Counted from the stretch's first letter, positions 7,263-19,160 are shown. The stretch is 24,000 bases of DNA from Luteimicrobium subarcticum (GCF_002798015.1 NZ_PGTZ01000007.1:428222-452221), one strand, 5' to 3'. Translations and numbers: made by a program. Notes: generated from the sequence alone by a model not told the origin.

Positions 7263-7313
7263 GCCCGTCTCACGAAATGAGACCACGATGTGAGACGCAG
7301 GAGGACGGCTTGG
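7259..7313 (-). terminator. Compound inverted repeat just downstream of the GS-HQR gene stop; candidate terminator
   Basis: The outer arms are CCAAGCC(C)GTC / GACGGCTTGG. The inner GTCTCA (7267-7272) can pair with either TGAGAC copy (7278-7283 or 7291-7296). The element starts 13 nt after the stop at 7326. There is no U-tract. Confidence 0.4.
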
Positions 7314-7325
7314 GGGAGCCGCTGC

Positions 7326-8387
7326 TCAGCGCAGCGGCGTGTGCTCCGGGTCGACCCGCTCGCCCGCGCGCACCGGCCCCGGGGGCGTCCCGTCGCCGAA
7401 CGGACGCCCGCCCAGCGCCTCCCGGCCGTGCGGCGTCGCCCACCCCGACAGGTCCGGCCCGTCCGGCACGATGCCCGACGGGTTGATGTCCGTGTGCACG
7501 CGGTAGTAGTGCTGCTTGATCTGCCAGAAGTCCACGGTGTCGCCGAACCCCGGCGTCTGGAACAGGTCGCGCGCGTACGCCCACAGGGCGGGGAGCTCGG
7601 TGAGCTTCTGCCGGTTGCACTTGAAGTGCCCGTGGTAGACGGCGTCGAACCGCACGAGGGTGGTGAACAGGCGCACGTCCGCCTCGGTGATCGTGTCCCC
7701 GACGAGATAGCGCCGGTCCGTGAGCCGCGCCTCGAGCCCGTCGAGCGCCGTCCACAGACGGTCGTAGGCGGCGTCGTACGCCTCCTGCGACCCCGCGAAG
7801 CCGCACCGGTACACGCCGTTGTTGACCTCCGTGTAGACGTGCCGCATCACCGCGTCGAGCTCCTCGCGGTGCGCCGGCGGCAGCAGGTCCGGGGCGCCCT
7901 CCCGGTGGAACGCGCGCCACTGGGTCGACAGGTCGAGCGTGATCTGCGCGAAGTCGTTCGTCACCACCGCGCCCGTGCGCTCGTCCACGATCGCCGGCAC
8001 GGTGATCCCGCGCGGGTACTCCGGGTCACGGCGGAAGTACGCCTCCTGGATCCGCTCGATGCCGAGCACCGGGTCGCGCCCGCCCGGGTCGAGGTCGAAC
8101 GTCCACGACCGGGCGTCGTGCACCGGCCCGCACAGGCCCAACGACAGGACGTCCTCGAGACCCAGCAGGCGTCGCACGATGATGGTCCGGTTCGCCCACG
8201 GGCAGGCGCGCGCCGCGACGAGCCGGAACCGGCCCGGCTCGACCGCCACGTCGTCGCTGCCCGGCGCGGGGTCGGCCACGATCCGGGTGGTGATGTAGCG
8301 CGTGTCCCGCGCGTACTCCTGCCCCGGCACCGAGTAGGTGCCACCGGTGCCGTGCTCCGGCCGTTCGTCCTGCGTCGTCTCCGTCAC
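7326..8387 (-). CDS. Glutathionyl-hydroquinone reductase (Xi-class glutathione S-transferase, YqjG/ECM4 family)
   Basis: 353 aa with a GTG start. It has the catalytic CPWANR motif (Cys-Pro-Trp-Ala), a thioredoxin-like N-domain, and the C-terminal FDAVYHGHFKCN and IKQHYY motifs characteristic of GS-HQRs. Confidence 0.85.
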   Translation of the reverse strand: MTETTQDERPEHGTGGTYSVPGQEYARDTRYITTRIVADPAPGSDDVAVEPGRFRLVAARACPWANRTIIVRRLLGLEDVLSLGLCGPVHDARSWTFDLDPGGRDPVLGIERIQEAYFRRDPEYPRGITVPAIVDERTGAVVTNDFAQITLDLSTQWRAFHREGAPDLLPPAHREELDAVMRHVYTEVNNGVYRCGFAGSQEAYDAAYDRLWTALDGLEARLTDRRYLVGDTITEADVRLFTTLVRFDAVYHGHFKCNRQKLTELPALWAYARDLFQTPGFGDTVDFWQIKQHYYRVHTDINPSGIVPDGPDLSGWATPHGREALGGRPFGDGTPPGPVRAGERVDPEHTPLR

Positions 8388-8393
8388 CCCGCC

Positions 8394-8399
8394 AGCGTA
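8394..8399 (-). promoter_or_regulatory. Candidate -10 hexamer TACGCT, 6 nt upstream of the GS-HQR GTG (leaderless)
   Basis: The minus strand reads TACGCT-ggcggg-GTG. Confidence 0.3.
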
Positions 8400-8522
8400 G
8401 GCAGGACCGGCCGCCCGGTGCGCCCGGATGCTCCGGTCGCGGACGCCGCCACCGTGCCGTACCTATGAGGGACAGGTCGACGCCGCCCTGCGCGCGACCA
8501 CGGGGGAACCAGGGAGAGCGCC

Positions 8523-10556
8523 ATGGCGAGCAGCAGTCCCGCGGCAGACATCGTCCGCAGCGTCGGCGGAGCCGGGAACATCGAGAGCCTCACGCACTGC
8601 GCGACCCGGCTCCGCTTCCAGCTCCGCGACGCGACCGGCGTCGACAAGGACACCGTCGAGGCCATCCCGGGCGTCCTCGGGGCGGTCCCGCAGGCCGGCG
8701 ACCGGTACCAGGTCGTCATCGGGGGAGGCGTCCAGACCGTCTACAACGACATCCAGGCGCTGCCCGAGATGACCGGCGCCGGCGGCGGTGGCGGGGACGA
8801 CGACGCCGCCGCGATCAAGGCCCGCGAACGCGCCAAGGGCCCCCGCGGGAAGCTCGCCTGGATGGACTCGCTCTTCGAGTTCCTGTCCGACTCGTTCCGG
8901 CCGATCCTCGGCGCCCTGCTCGGCGCGTCGCTCTTCATCACGTTCATGTCGCTCATGTCGACGCTGCACGTCATCGGGAACTGGGCCGACCCCCGCACCG
9001 AACTCCCGGTCTCGTGGCAGTTCGTCAACCTCATGTGGCAGTGCGTGTTCGTGTTCCTGCCGCTCATGGTCGCGTACAACGCGAGCAAGAAGGTGGGGGC
9101 AGACCCCTGGGTCGGCTTCGCGATCATGGCCGTCCTCATGCTGCCGGGGTTCACCGGGCTCGCCGACGGCGTCGAGCCGCGCGAGGTCTTCGGGACGTCG
9201 GTGAGCGTCGTCGACATCTTCGGCGTCCCGCTCACGGTGTTCGACTACAGCTCGCAGGTGTTCCCGCCGCTGCTCATGGCGGCCGTCCTCGGCGTCGTCT
9301 ACAAGTACCTCAAGAAGCTGATCCCCGAGAACGTCCAGCTCATCTTCGTGCCGTTCCTCAGCATGCTGATCATGATCCCGCTCACCGCGTTCCTCATCGG
9401 CCCCATCGGCGTGTACGCGGGAGCCGGGCTCTCCGACGTCCTCAAGTCGGTCAACGACTTCTCGCCCTTCATCTTCGCGATCGTCGTCCCGCTGGCGTAC
9501 CCGTTCATGGTGCCCCTCGGGCTCCACTGGCCGATCAACGCGATCATGCTGCTCAACATCCAGACCCTCGGCTACGACTACATCCAGGGCCCGATGGGCG
9601 CCTGGAACTTCGCGTGCTTCGGCGCGACCGCGGGCGTGCTCGTCCTCGCGTGGCGCGAGCGCGACGCGACCATGCGGCAGACCGCCACCGGGGCGCTCGC
9701 GGCCGGCCTGCTCGGCGGCATCTCCGAACCGTCCCTCTACGGCATCCACCTGCGCTTCAAGCGGATCTACCCGCGCATGCTCGTCGGCTGCTTCGTCGGG
9801 GGTCTCATCATCGGCATCGGCGGAGGCGTCACGACGAACGCGTTCGTGTTCACGTCCCTGCTGACCATCCCCGCGTTCAACCAGATCGGCCTCTACGCGC
9901 TGGCCGTCACCGCGGCGTTCGTGACGTCCATGGTGCTGGTGATCATCTACGGCTACAAGGCGCCCGAGCCCGCTGCCGACGCTTCTGACGGTGCCGAGGC
10001 GGCCGGCTCCGGGACGACCGCCGGTGCGCCGGCCGAGGGGGTCGCGGCGCCCGCCGCGGACGCCGGGGTCGGCCCCGTGCACGAGCTCGCCGCCCCCGTC
10101 GCCGGCACCGCCATCCCGCTGTCCGAGGTGCCGGACCCCGTGTTCGCCGGCGGCACGATGGGTCCCGGCGTCGCCATCGAACCGACCGGCGACACCGTCA
10201 CCGCGCCCGCGTCCGGGGTCGTCGCCGCGGCCCAGGACACCGGGCACGCGTTCGCGCTCGCCCTGGACAGCGGCATCGAGCTGCTCATCCACGTCGGTAT
10301 CGACACGGTGAACCTCAAGGGGGAGGGGTTCGAGGTCCTCGTGAAGGCCGGCCAGCACGTCGACACCGGGACGCCCCTGGTCCGGTTCGACCGGGACGTC
10401 ATCGAACGAGCCGGTTACTCGCTCGTGACACCGGTGATCGTGCTCAACGCCAAGAAGTTCGACGCCGTCGACCCCGTCGGGCTCGGCCCGGTCGAGGCGG
10501 GGGCGCCGCTGCTCGCCGTCCAGGCCAAGGCGGCTCCCGCCCAGGTCGCCCGGTGA
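8523..10556 (+). CDS. PTS permease, fused EIIB-EIIC-EIIA (glucose-superfamily; beta-glucoside/sucrose/trehalose-type)
   Basis: The EIIB domain has the phospho-Cys motif NIESLTHCATRLRF. A roughly 10-TM EIIC core follows, then an Ala/Pro-rich linker. The C-terminal EIIA-Glc domain carries PDPVFAGGTMGPGVAIEP...HAFAL...ELLIHVGIDTV (the two His). An AGGGAGAG SD lies upstream of the ATG. Confidence 0.9.
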   Translation: MASSSPAADIVRSVGGAGNIESLTHCATRLRFQLRDATGVDKDTVEAIPGVLGAVPQAGDRYQVVIGGGVQTVYNDIQALPEMTGAGGGGGDDDAAAIKARERAKGPRGKLAWMDSLFEFLSDSFRPILGALLGASLFITFMSLMSTLHVIGNWADPRTELPVSWQFVNLMWQCVFVFLPLMVAYNASKKVGADPWVGFAIMAVLMLPGFTGLADGVEPREVFGTSVSVVDIFGVPLTVFDYSSQVFPPLLMAAVLGVVYKYLKKLIPENVQLIFVPFLSMLIMIPLTAFLIGPIGVYAGAGLSDVLKSVNDFSPFIFAIVVPLAYPFMVPLGLHWPINAIMLLNIQTLGYDYIQGPMGAWNFACFGATAGVLVLAWRERDATMRQTATGALAAGLLGGISEPSLYGIHLRFKRIYPRMLVGCFVGGLIIGIGGGVTTNAFVFTSLLTIPAFNQIGLYALAVTAAFVTSMVLVIIYGYKAPEPAADASDGAEAAGSGTTAGAPAEGVAAPAADAGVGPVHELAAPVAGTAIPLSEVPDPVFAGGTMGPGVAIEPTGDTVTAPASGVVAAAQDTGHAFALALDSGIELLIHVGIDTVNLKGEGFEVLVKAGQHVDTGTPLVRFDRDVIERAGYSLVTPVIVLNAKKFDAVDPVGLGPVEAGAPLLAVQAKAAPAQVAR

Positions 10557-10585
10557 ACCTCGCGCCGACCTCTCGCTGAGCGTCC

Positions 10586-10634
10586 CGACGACGACGGCGC
10601 CGCACCCTCATGGGGTGCGGCGCCGTCGTCGTCG
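10586..10634. terminator. Bidirectional terminator hairpin between convergent PTS and ppa genes
   Basis: A perfect 22-bp stem (10586-10607 pairs with 10613-10634) with a 5-nt loop, centred in the 98-nt gap between the two stop codons. Confidence 0.7.
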
Positions 10635-10654
10635 TCGGTGCGGGGTGCCGGGGC

Positions 10655-11176
10655 TCAGTGGCCGGGCAGGCCCTGCGTCGGGGCGAAGTGGTGACCCGCG
10701 TCCTTCGCGCGCTGGATCGAGCGCACGATCTCGGCCTCCGCCTCGGTGCGGTCGGTCCAGTGGGCGCCCTCGACGGACTTGCCGGGCTCGAGGTCCTTGT
10801 AGACCTCGAAGAAGTGCTGGATCTCGAGCCGGTGGTAGTCCGACACGTCGTCGATGTCCTGGCGCCACGCGGCACGCTGGTCGCCGGTCGGCACGCACAG
10901 GACCTTGTCGTCGCCGCCGGCCTCGTCGCGCATGCGGAACATGCCGAGCGCGCGACACCGGATCAGACAGCCGGGGAACGTCGGTTCCTCGAGCAGGACG
11001 AGCGCGTCGAGCGGGTCTCCGTCCTCGCCGAGGGTGCCCTCGATGAAGCCGTAGTCGTCGGGGTAGCGGGTCGAGGTGAAGAGCATCCGATCGAGCCGGA
11101 TCCGGCCGGTCTCGTGGTCCACCTCGTACTTGTTCCGCTGACCCTTCGGGATCTCGATGGTGACGTCGAACTCCAC
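10655..11176 (-). CDS. ppa: Inorganic pyrophosphatase (family I)
   Basis: Translation from GTG 11176 gives [32 protein letters not shown]...[22 protein letters not shown]...DDKVL. This is the canonical family I PPase. A GGAGGAG SD lies 5 nt upstream. The longer ORF to 11347 has no support. Confidence 0.93.
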   Translation of the reverse strand: MEFDVTIEIPKGQRNKYEVDHETGRIRLDRMLFTSTRYPDDYGFIEGTLGEDGDPLDALVLLEEPTFPGCLIRCRALGMFRMRDEAGGDDKVLCVPTGDQRAAWRQDIDDVSDYHRLEIQHFFEVYKDLEPGKSVEGAHWTDRTEAEAEIVRSIQRAKDAGHHFAPTQGLPGH

Positions 11177-11240
11177 TGTTCTCCTCCAAGCGGGATTGCG
11201 GCCTCTAGTGTGGCACGCGCACACCAGGTCGGGAGGTCGG

Positions 11241-12647
11241 ATGTTCCGTGCACGGACAGTGACGGCGGTCACTCTTGCGGCGGTCCTCGTCGCGGCGGGC
11301 GGGTACGCCGTCGCCGACGCGCGCGACGTCGTGCCCGGCCCGCTCACGACGCAGCCCTCCCCGACCCCTCAGCCGCCCTTCCCGACGGCCCCGGGCGCCG
11401 CGTCGCTGTCCTCGTCCGGTCAGGTCGTCGCCGCGCCTGCCGCGGACGACCCCGCCCCGTCGGCGGCGGCCGTCGCGCGCGACGTCGCCCGGCTCGTGCG
11501 CGACGACCGGCTGGGCTCCCGCGTGGGCGTCCAGGTGGTCGACGTGCTCAGCGGCGACGTCCTCAGCGCGTCCGGCGCGACGTCCCGGTACACGCCGGCG
11601 TCCACGCAGAAGCTCCTCACCGCCGTCGCGGCGCTCACCGCGCTCGACCCCGACGCGACGCTCCCCACGACCGTGGTGCAGGCGGGCCCCGGCGGGATCG
11701 CGCTCGTCGGCGGAGGCGACCAGCTGCTCGCGGAGGGGAAGGGGTCGGCGAGCGCGGTGGACGGCCGGGCCGGCGTCGCCGACCTCGCCGCGCAGGTCGC
11801 CACGAAGCTGCGGCTCGCCGGCCGGTCCTCCGTCACGCTCACGGTCGACGACACGTTCTTCAGCGGGCCGGCCCTCAGCCCCACGTGGGACCCGTCGTAC
11901 CTGGCGAACGGGTTCGTCGCGCCCGTCTCCGCGCTGTCGATCGACGTGGCGCGGAAGTCGGGCACCGAGTACGCGCAGCGGTGGACCGACCCGGCGACGC
12001 ACACCGCCGACGTGTTCGCCGCGGCCCTGAAGAAGCGTGGGGTCACCGTCACGTCGGTCGCCCGCGGGTCGGCGCCCGAGAAGGCGACACGGCTCGGGAT
12101 CGTCCGGTCGGCGACCGTGCGCGAGATCGTCGGCTACGCGCTCCAGCACTCCGACAACACCGTCACGGAAGGGCTCGGGCGGCTCGTCGCCGCGTCCCGC
12201 GACCTGCCCGCGTCGTTCGACGGGGCGACGAAGGCCGTCGTCGCCGTCGTGCACGGCCTCGGCGTCGACACGTCGGGCGCCCGCCTCGTCGACTGCTCCG
12301 GTCTCGGCAAGGGGTCGCTCCTCACGCCCCGCCAGCTCGCGCAGGTGCTCGCGCTCTCGACCGGCGGCGACCACCCCGACCTCACCGGGGTCGTCGCCCT
12401 GCTGCCGATCTCCGGGCTCCGCGGCACCCTGGACGACCGCTACCTCTTCACGGACGCGCGCGGTCGCGTCCGCGCCAAGACCGGGTCGCTCACCGGCGTC
12501 GCGTCGCTCGCCGGGACCGTCATGACCGACGACGGACGCGAGCTCGTGTTCGTCGTCATGGCCGACCGGACGAAGGACGGCCCCTGGGAGGCGCGGGCCG
12601 CGATCGACGACTTCGTCACCCGGCTCGCCGACTGCGGATGCTCCTGA
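11241..12647 (+). CDS. dacB: D-alanyl-D-alanine carboxypeptidase/endopeptidase (PBP4 family, peptidase S13)
   Basis: Translation from ATG 11241 (GGGAGG SD) begins with a signal-like N-terminus, [25 protein letters not shown]. The three PBP motifs are present: PASTQK (SxxK), HSDNT (SxN) and KTGSL (KTG). Confidence 0.85.
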   Translation: MFRARTVTAVTLAAVLVAAGGYAVADARDVVPGPLTTQPSPTPQPPFPTAPGAASLSSSGQVVAAPAADDPAPSAAAVARDVARLVRDDRLGSRVGVQVVDVLSGDVLSASGATSRYTPASTQKLLTAVAALTALDPDATLPTTVVQAGPGGIALVGGGDQLLAEGKGSASAVDGRAGVADLAAQVATKLRLAGRSSVTLTVDDTFFSGPALSPTWDPSYLANGFVAPVSALSIDVARKSGTEYAQRWTDPATHTADVFAAALKKRGVTVTSVARGSAPEKATRLGIVRSATVREIVGYALQHSDNTVTEGLGRLVAASRDLPASFDGATKAVVAVVHGLGVDTSGARLVDCSGLGKGSLLTPRQLAQVLALSTGGDHPDLTGVVALLPISGLRGTLDDRYLFTDARGRVRAKTGSLTGVASLAGTVMTDDGRELVFVVMADRTKDGPWEARAAIDDFVTRLADCGCS

Positions 12648-12700
12648 CCGGCCCGTCCCGGCGGCGACGTCCCGTCCGGCGTCGGGGGACCGCCCGTCGT

Positions 12701-12706
12701 TAGGGT
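12701..12706 (+). promoter_or_regulatory. Candidate -10 hexamer TAGGGT, 6 nt upstream of the metalloprotease ATG (leaderless)
   Basis: The plus strand reads TAGGGT-gggcag-ATG. Confidence 0.3.
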
Positions 12707-12712
12707 GGGCAG

Positions 12713-13780
12713 ATGACCGCCACCACGGACGTCGAGATCGTCGACTGGTCGGCCGCCGCGTCGCTCGCGGGACGCGTCGCACCGCCCGGTCCGGTCGCCC
12801 CCCGCGCCGAGCTCGAGGCGCTGGTGGGCTCGCTGCGCAGCGCGGCCCGGCGCGCCGTCGCACCCGTCCAGGACGTCACGGGCCTCGTCCCGGCCACCCC
12901 GGGCGACGCGTCCGTCCTGGTGGTCGACCGGGCCCGCTGGGCGCGCGCCAACACCGAGATCATGGCGACCGTCGCGCAGGGCGCGCTCGAGGCGGTGCTC
13001 GGCGACCGCCCGGCGCCGCCCGGGCCGACCGCCCTGGTCGGTGCGGCGCAGGTCGGAAGCGTCCTCGCGCTCCTGTCGAGCCGCGTCCTCGGCCAGTTCG
13101 ACCCGTACACCGACCCGGGTGGCGCCGGCCGGCTGCTGCTCGTCGCCCCGAACCTCCTGGCCGCCGAGCAGCGGCTCGGCGTCGACCCCGAGGACTTCCG
13201 CCTCTGGGTGTGCCTGCACGAGCAGACCCACGCCCTGCAGTTCGCCGCCGCGCCCTGGCTCGGCGAGCACCTCGCGTCCGTCACGCGCGACCTGCTGGCC
13301 GACCTCGCGCACGACACGCGCGAGCTCGGCGAGTCCCGGTTCCGCGACAAGCTGCGCGCGCTCGTGTCGGCCCTCTCCGCCGCGGTCCGCGGGGACGGGC
13401 AGGCGCTGCTCGCGGGCATCGTGAGCGACGAGGACCGTGCGCGTCTCGCCGACGTCACCGCTGTCATGGCCCTGCTCGAGGGGCACGCCGACGTCGCCAT
13501 GGACGACGTCGGGCCGGCCCTCGTCCCGAGCGTGCGCGACATCCGGGCCCGGTTCGAGGCGCGCCGCGACGGCGCCGGCCGGGCCGACGTCGTCGTCCGG
13601 CGGCTGCTCGGCGTCGAGGCCAAGATCGCCCAGTACCGCGACGGTGCCGCGTTCGTGCGCGCCGTCACCGACCGCGTCGGGCAGGACGGCCTCAACGCCG
13701 CGTTCAGCGGGCCGACCGCGCTCCCCACCGCCGCCGAGATCGCCGACCCGCGCGCCTGGGTCCGGCGCGTGCACGGCTGA
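12713..13780 (+). CDS. Zinc-dependent metalloprotease-like hydrolase (DUF2342 / Rv3626c-like family)
   Basis: 355 aa with the HExxH motif HEQTHALQF. Its position between dacB and tilS matches the conserved actinobacterial arrangement. The family assignment is from memory and not searchable here. Confidence 0.7.
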   Translation: MTATTDVEIVDWSAAASLAGRVAPPGPVAPRAELEALVGSLRSAARRAVAPVQDVTGLVPATPGDASVLVVDRARWARANTEIMATVAQGALEAVLGDRPAPPGPTALVGAAQVGSVLALLSSRVLGQFDPYTDPGGAGRLLLVAPNLLAAEQRLGVDPEDFRLWVCLHEQTHALQFAAAPWLGEHLASVTRDLLADLAHDTRELGESRFRDKLRALVSALSAAVRGDGQALLAGIVSDEDRARLADVTAVMALLEGHADVAMDDVGPALVPSVRDIRARFEARRDGAGRADVVVRRLLGVEAKIAQYRDGAAFVRAVTDRVGQDGLNAAFSGPTALPTAAEIADPRAWVRRVHG

Positions 13781-13787
13781 CTCCCGC

Positions 13788-14870
13788 ATGCCCGGACCGG
13801 ACGCGGCCGAGGCGGCGACACGCGTCGCCGTGCGCCGCGCCGTCGCGGACCTCGACGCGGGCGCGCTCGTCCTCGTCGGGTGCTCGGGCGGCGCCGACTC
13901 GGTGGCCCTCGCCGCAGCCGTCGCGTTCGTCGCCCCCCGGTCCGGCCTGCGTGCGGGGGCCGTCGTCGTCGACCACGGGCTCCAGGACGGCTCGGCGCAG
14001 GTCGCCGCCGACGCCGCCGCCACGTGTCGCGCGCTCGGCCTGGCGCCCGTCGACGTCCGACGCGTCGAGGTGGGCGCCCGGGGCGGACCCGAGGCCGCCG
14101 CGCGCGCGGCCCGGACCACCGCCCTCGAACGCGCGGCTCGCGAGCACGGCGCCGTCGCCGTCCTGCTCGCGCACACCCTCGACGACCAGGCCGAACAGGT
14201 GCTCCTCGCGCTCGCGCGCGGCTCGGGCGCTCGCTCGCTCGCCGGCATCCCGGCCGCGCGCGGCGTCTACCGGAGGCCCTTCCTCGGTCTGCGGCGGTCC
14301 GTGACCGAGGCGGCGTGCCGCGCCCGCGGGCTGACGTGGTGGGACGACCCGACCAACGGCCGCCCGGCGGCGGGCGCCGCCGCTTCTGCCGCCGTGACGT
14401 CCGCCACGGTCCTGCCTCTGCGCTCGCGCGTGCGCGCCGACGTCCTGCCGGTGCTGGAGGACGTCCTCGGCCCCGGCGTCCCCGAGGCGCTCGCCCGCTC
14501 CGCCGCCCAGCTCGCGGACGACGCCGACCTGCTGGACGGGCTCACCGCCGAGGTGCTGGAGCGCGCGTCCCGGGCGGCCACCGGTGCGGCGCCCGCCGAC
14601 GGTGCGCGGCCCGTCGTGCTCGACGTGGAGGTGCTGGCCGCGGCCCACCGGGCGCTGCGCACCCGGGCGCTGCGCCGGGCCGCCGTCGCCGCGGGTGCGC
14701 CGCGGGGTGCGCTCGCCGCCGCGCACGTGGACTCCGTCGACGCGCTCGTCACCCGCTGGCGGGGCCAGGGACCGGCGCACCTGCCGGGACCGGTCCTCGC
14801 GTCCCGGGAGTGTGGCACGCTTGTTCTGCGGGCGGGTCCGACCCCGACCCACACCCCCGACCCCCTGTGA
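13788..14870 (+). CDS. tilS: tRNA(Ile)-lysidine synthetase
   Basis: Translation from ATG 13788 shows the PP-loop motif [14 protein letters not shown], then [15 protein letters not shown] and RPFL. It lies 7 nt after the preceding stop. Confidence 0.85.
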   Translation: MPGPDAAEAATRVAVRRAVADLDAGALVLVGCSGGADSVALAAAVAFVAPRSGLRAGAVVVDHGLQDGSAQVAADAAATCRALGLAPVDVRRVEVGARGGPEAAARAARTTALERAAREHGAVAVLLAHTLDDQAEQVLLALARGSGARSLAGIPAARGVYRRPFLGLRRSVTEAACRARGLTWWDDPTNGRPAAGAAASAAVTSATVLPLRSRVRADVLPVLEDVLGPGVPEALARSAAQLADDADLLDGLTAEVLERASRAATGAAPADGARPVVLDVEVLAAAHRALRTRALRRAAVAAGAPRGALAAAHVDSVDALVTRWRGQGPAHLPGPVLASRECGTLVLRAGPTPTHTPDPL

Positions 14871-14892
14871 ATGCGTCAAGAGGAGTGCTCTC

Positions 14893-15447
14893 GTGGACCG
14901 ATCCGACGTCTCGGCCGACCTGGCGGACATCCTGCTCACGGAGCAGCAGCTCGGCGAGCGGCTGGACCAGATGGCCGCCGAGATCGACGCGGACTACCGC
15001 GACCAGGACCTCCTGCTCGTGGGCGTCCTCAAGGGTGCCGTCATGGTCATGGCGGACCTCGCGCGCCGCCTGCACCACACCGTCGAGATGGACTGGATGG
15101 CGGTGTCGTCGTACGGCTCCGGGACCAAGTCGTCGGGCGTCGTGCGCATCCTCAAGGACCTCGACACCGACCTCACGGGCCGCAACGTGCTCATCGTCGA
15201 GGACATCATCGACTCGGGCCTGACGCTGTCGTGGCTGGTCTCCAACCTGCGCAGCCGCGGCCCGCGCTCGGTCGAGATCGCGACGATGCTGCGCAAGCCC
15301 GCCGCCGCGAAGGTCGAGGTCGACGTGCGCTACGTCGGGTTCGACATCCCGTCCGAGTTCGTCGTCGGGTACGGCCTGGACTACGCGGAGAAGTACCGGA
15401 ACCTGCCGTTCGTCGGGACGCTCGCGCCGCACGTCTACGGCGGCTGA
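14893..15447 (+). CDS. hpt: Hypoxanthine-guanine phosphoribosyltransferase
   Basis: GTG 14893 has an AAGAGGAG SD 7 nt upstream. The sequence shows LLVGVLKGAVMVMADL, the PRPP-binding motif VLIVEDIIDSGLTL, and VGYGLDYAEKYRNLPFVG. Confidence 0.92.
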   Translation: MDRSDVSADLADILLTEQQLGERLDQMAAEIDADYRDQDLLLVGVLKGAVMVMADLARRLHHTVEMDWMAVSSYGSGTKSSGVVRILKDLDTDLTGRNVLIVEDIIDSGLTLSWLVSNLRSRGPRSVEIATMLRKPAAAKVEVDVRYVGFDIPSEFVVGYGLDYAEKYRNLPFVGTLAPHVYGG

Positions 15448-15555
15448 CCCCTTTTCCTGCCCTGGGCGAACACGCGGTCTCGCGCACAGCGTGAGCGTGT
15501 AGGTTCGCAGCAGTCGAGTCGCGAGCGGAAGGATGCGGGGTCGACCCCGCCACCG

Positions 15556-17624
<2,069 letters not shown>

Positions 17625-17628
<4 letters not shown>

Positions 17629-18203
17629 GCGACAAGAAGTCGCCCGTCGACCTGGCGCGCGCCGAGGCGGCGGTCCGCGAGCTGCTCCTCGCGATCGGTG
17701 AGGACCCGGACCGGGACGGTCTCGCCGACACCCCGGCCCGCGTCGCACGCTCGTACCGCGAGATCTTCCGCGGGCTCCACCAGAGCCCGGCCGAGGTGCT
17801 CAGCACGACGTTCGACCTCGGTCACGAGGAGATGATCCTCGTCAAGGACATCGAGGTGTACTCGACCTGCGAGCACCACCTCGTGCCGTTCCACGGCGTC
17901 GCGCACGTCGGGTACATCCCGCGCGACGGGCGGGTGACCGGCCTGTCGAAGCTCGCGCGGCTCGTCGACGTGTACGCGAAGCGGCCCCAGGTCCAGGAGC
18001 GCCTCACGTCCCAGGTGGCCGACGCCCTCGTCGAGCACCTCGACGCGCTCGGCGTGATCGTCGTCGTCGAGTGCGAGCACCTCTGCATGTCGATGCGCGG
18101 GGTGCGCAAGCCCGGCGCCCGCACCGTCACGTCGGCCGTCCGCGGCCAGATGCGCGACCCGGCGACACGGGCCGAGGCCATGAGCCTCATCCTGGGGCGG
18201 TAG
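17625..18203 (+). CDS. folE: GTP cyclohydrolase I (FolE type 1)
   Basis: The GTG at 17625 overlaps the ftsH stop (GTGA). The sequence shows [29 protein letters not shown] and [11 protein letters not shown]. Confidence 0.93.
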
Positions 18204-18206
18204 CCG

Positions 18207-19160
18207 GTGGACCGCGTCGAGCCGCGGCCGCTGCCCGGCGTCGCGTCGGGCCGCACCCTCGTCATGGGGGTCGTGAACGTGACGCCCGACTCGTTCTCCG
18301 ACGGCGGCCAGTGGTTCGAGCCCGACGCGGCCGTCGCGCACGGCCTCCAGCTGCTCGCCGACGGCGCGGACCTGCTCGACGTCGGCGGTGAGTCCACCCG
18401 TCCGGGCGCGGCGCGCGTCTCCACCGAGGACGAGCTCGCTCGCGTGCTCCCCGTCGTGTCGGCCCTCGCGGCGCGCGGTGCTGTCGTGAGCGTCGACACG
18501 ACGCGCGCGGTCGTGGCCGAGCGGGCCGTCGCCGCGGGCGCACGCGTCGTCAACGACGTCTCCGGCGGCCTGGCCGACCCCGACATGGCCCGCGTGGTCG
18601 CCGACGCGGGCGTCGTGTACGTCGCGATGCACTGGCGTGGCCACGCGACCGAGATGGACGCGCTCGCCGCGTACACCGACGTGGTGCGCGACGTCCGCGA
18701 CGAGCTCGCCGCGCGGCTCGACGCCCTGGTGGCCGCCGGCGTCGCGCTGGAGCAGGTCGTCCTCGACCCCGGGCTCGGGTTCGCGAAGCCCGGCGCGGAC
18801 AACTGGCCCCTGCTCGCCCACCTGGACGTCCTGGGAGCGCTGGGCCGCCCGGTGCTCGTCGGCGCGAGCCGCAAGCGCTTCCTCGGGCACCTGCTGGCCG
18901 GGCCGTCCGGGGAGCCGGTGCCACCGCTCGCCCGTGACGCCGCGACCGCGGCCGTCACGACGCTGTGCGCGGCCGCGGGGGCCTGGTGCGTGCGGGTGCA
19001 CGACGTGCGGTCGTCCGCCGACGCCGTGCGCGTGGTCGCGCGCTGGGACGAGGACGTGAGAGGGTCCCGTACGGGTCGGCGTGAGCCGCTCCCCGGGGGA
19101 CCGCAGGACGACCAACCCACCGACGGCTCCGTGTCGGTGGCAGAGGGGAGACGACCGTGA
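18207..19160 (+). CDS. folP: Dihydropteroate synthase
   Basis: VMGVVNVTPDSFSDGG, DLLDVGGESTRPGA, DPGLGFAK and VGASRKRF are canonical DHPS motifs. The GTG start is 3 nt after the folE stop. A short Arg/Pro-rich C-terminal tail is present. Confidence 0.92.
   Translation: MDRVEPRPLPGVASGRTLVMGVVNVTPDSFSDGGQWFEPDAAVAHGLQLLADGADLLDVGGESTRPGAARVSTEDELARVLPVVSALAARGAVVSVDTTRAVVAERAVAAGARVVNDVSGGLADPDMARVVADAGVVYVAMHWRGHATEMDALAAYTDVVRDVRDELAARLDALVAAGVALEQVVLDPGLGFAKPGADNWPLLAHLDVLGALGRPVLVGASRKRFLGHLLAGPSGEPVPPLARDAATAAVTTLCAAAGAWCVRVHDVRSSADAVRVVARWDEDVRGSRTGRREPLPGGPQDDQPTDGSVSVAEGRRP

Noticed and set aside
8388-8522. A BglG/SacY-type RAT antiterminator and terminator upstream of the PTS gene.
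   Set aside because: No RAT-like sequence and no terminator hairpin overlapping it could be found. No antiterminator gene is present in the window.
11177-11347. The upstream extension of the ppa ORF.
   Set aside because: Family I PPases start at the [12 protein letters not shown]-type sequence. GTG 11176 has a strong GGAGGAG SD. The extension would also run across the dacB start region.
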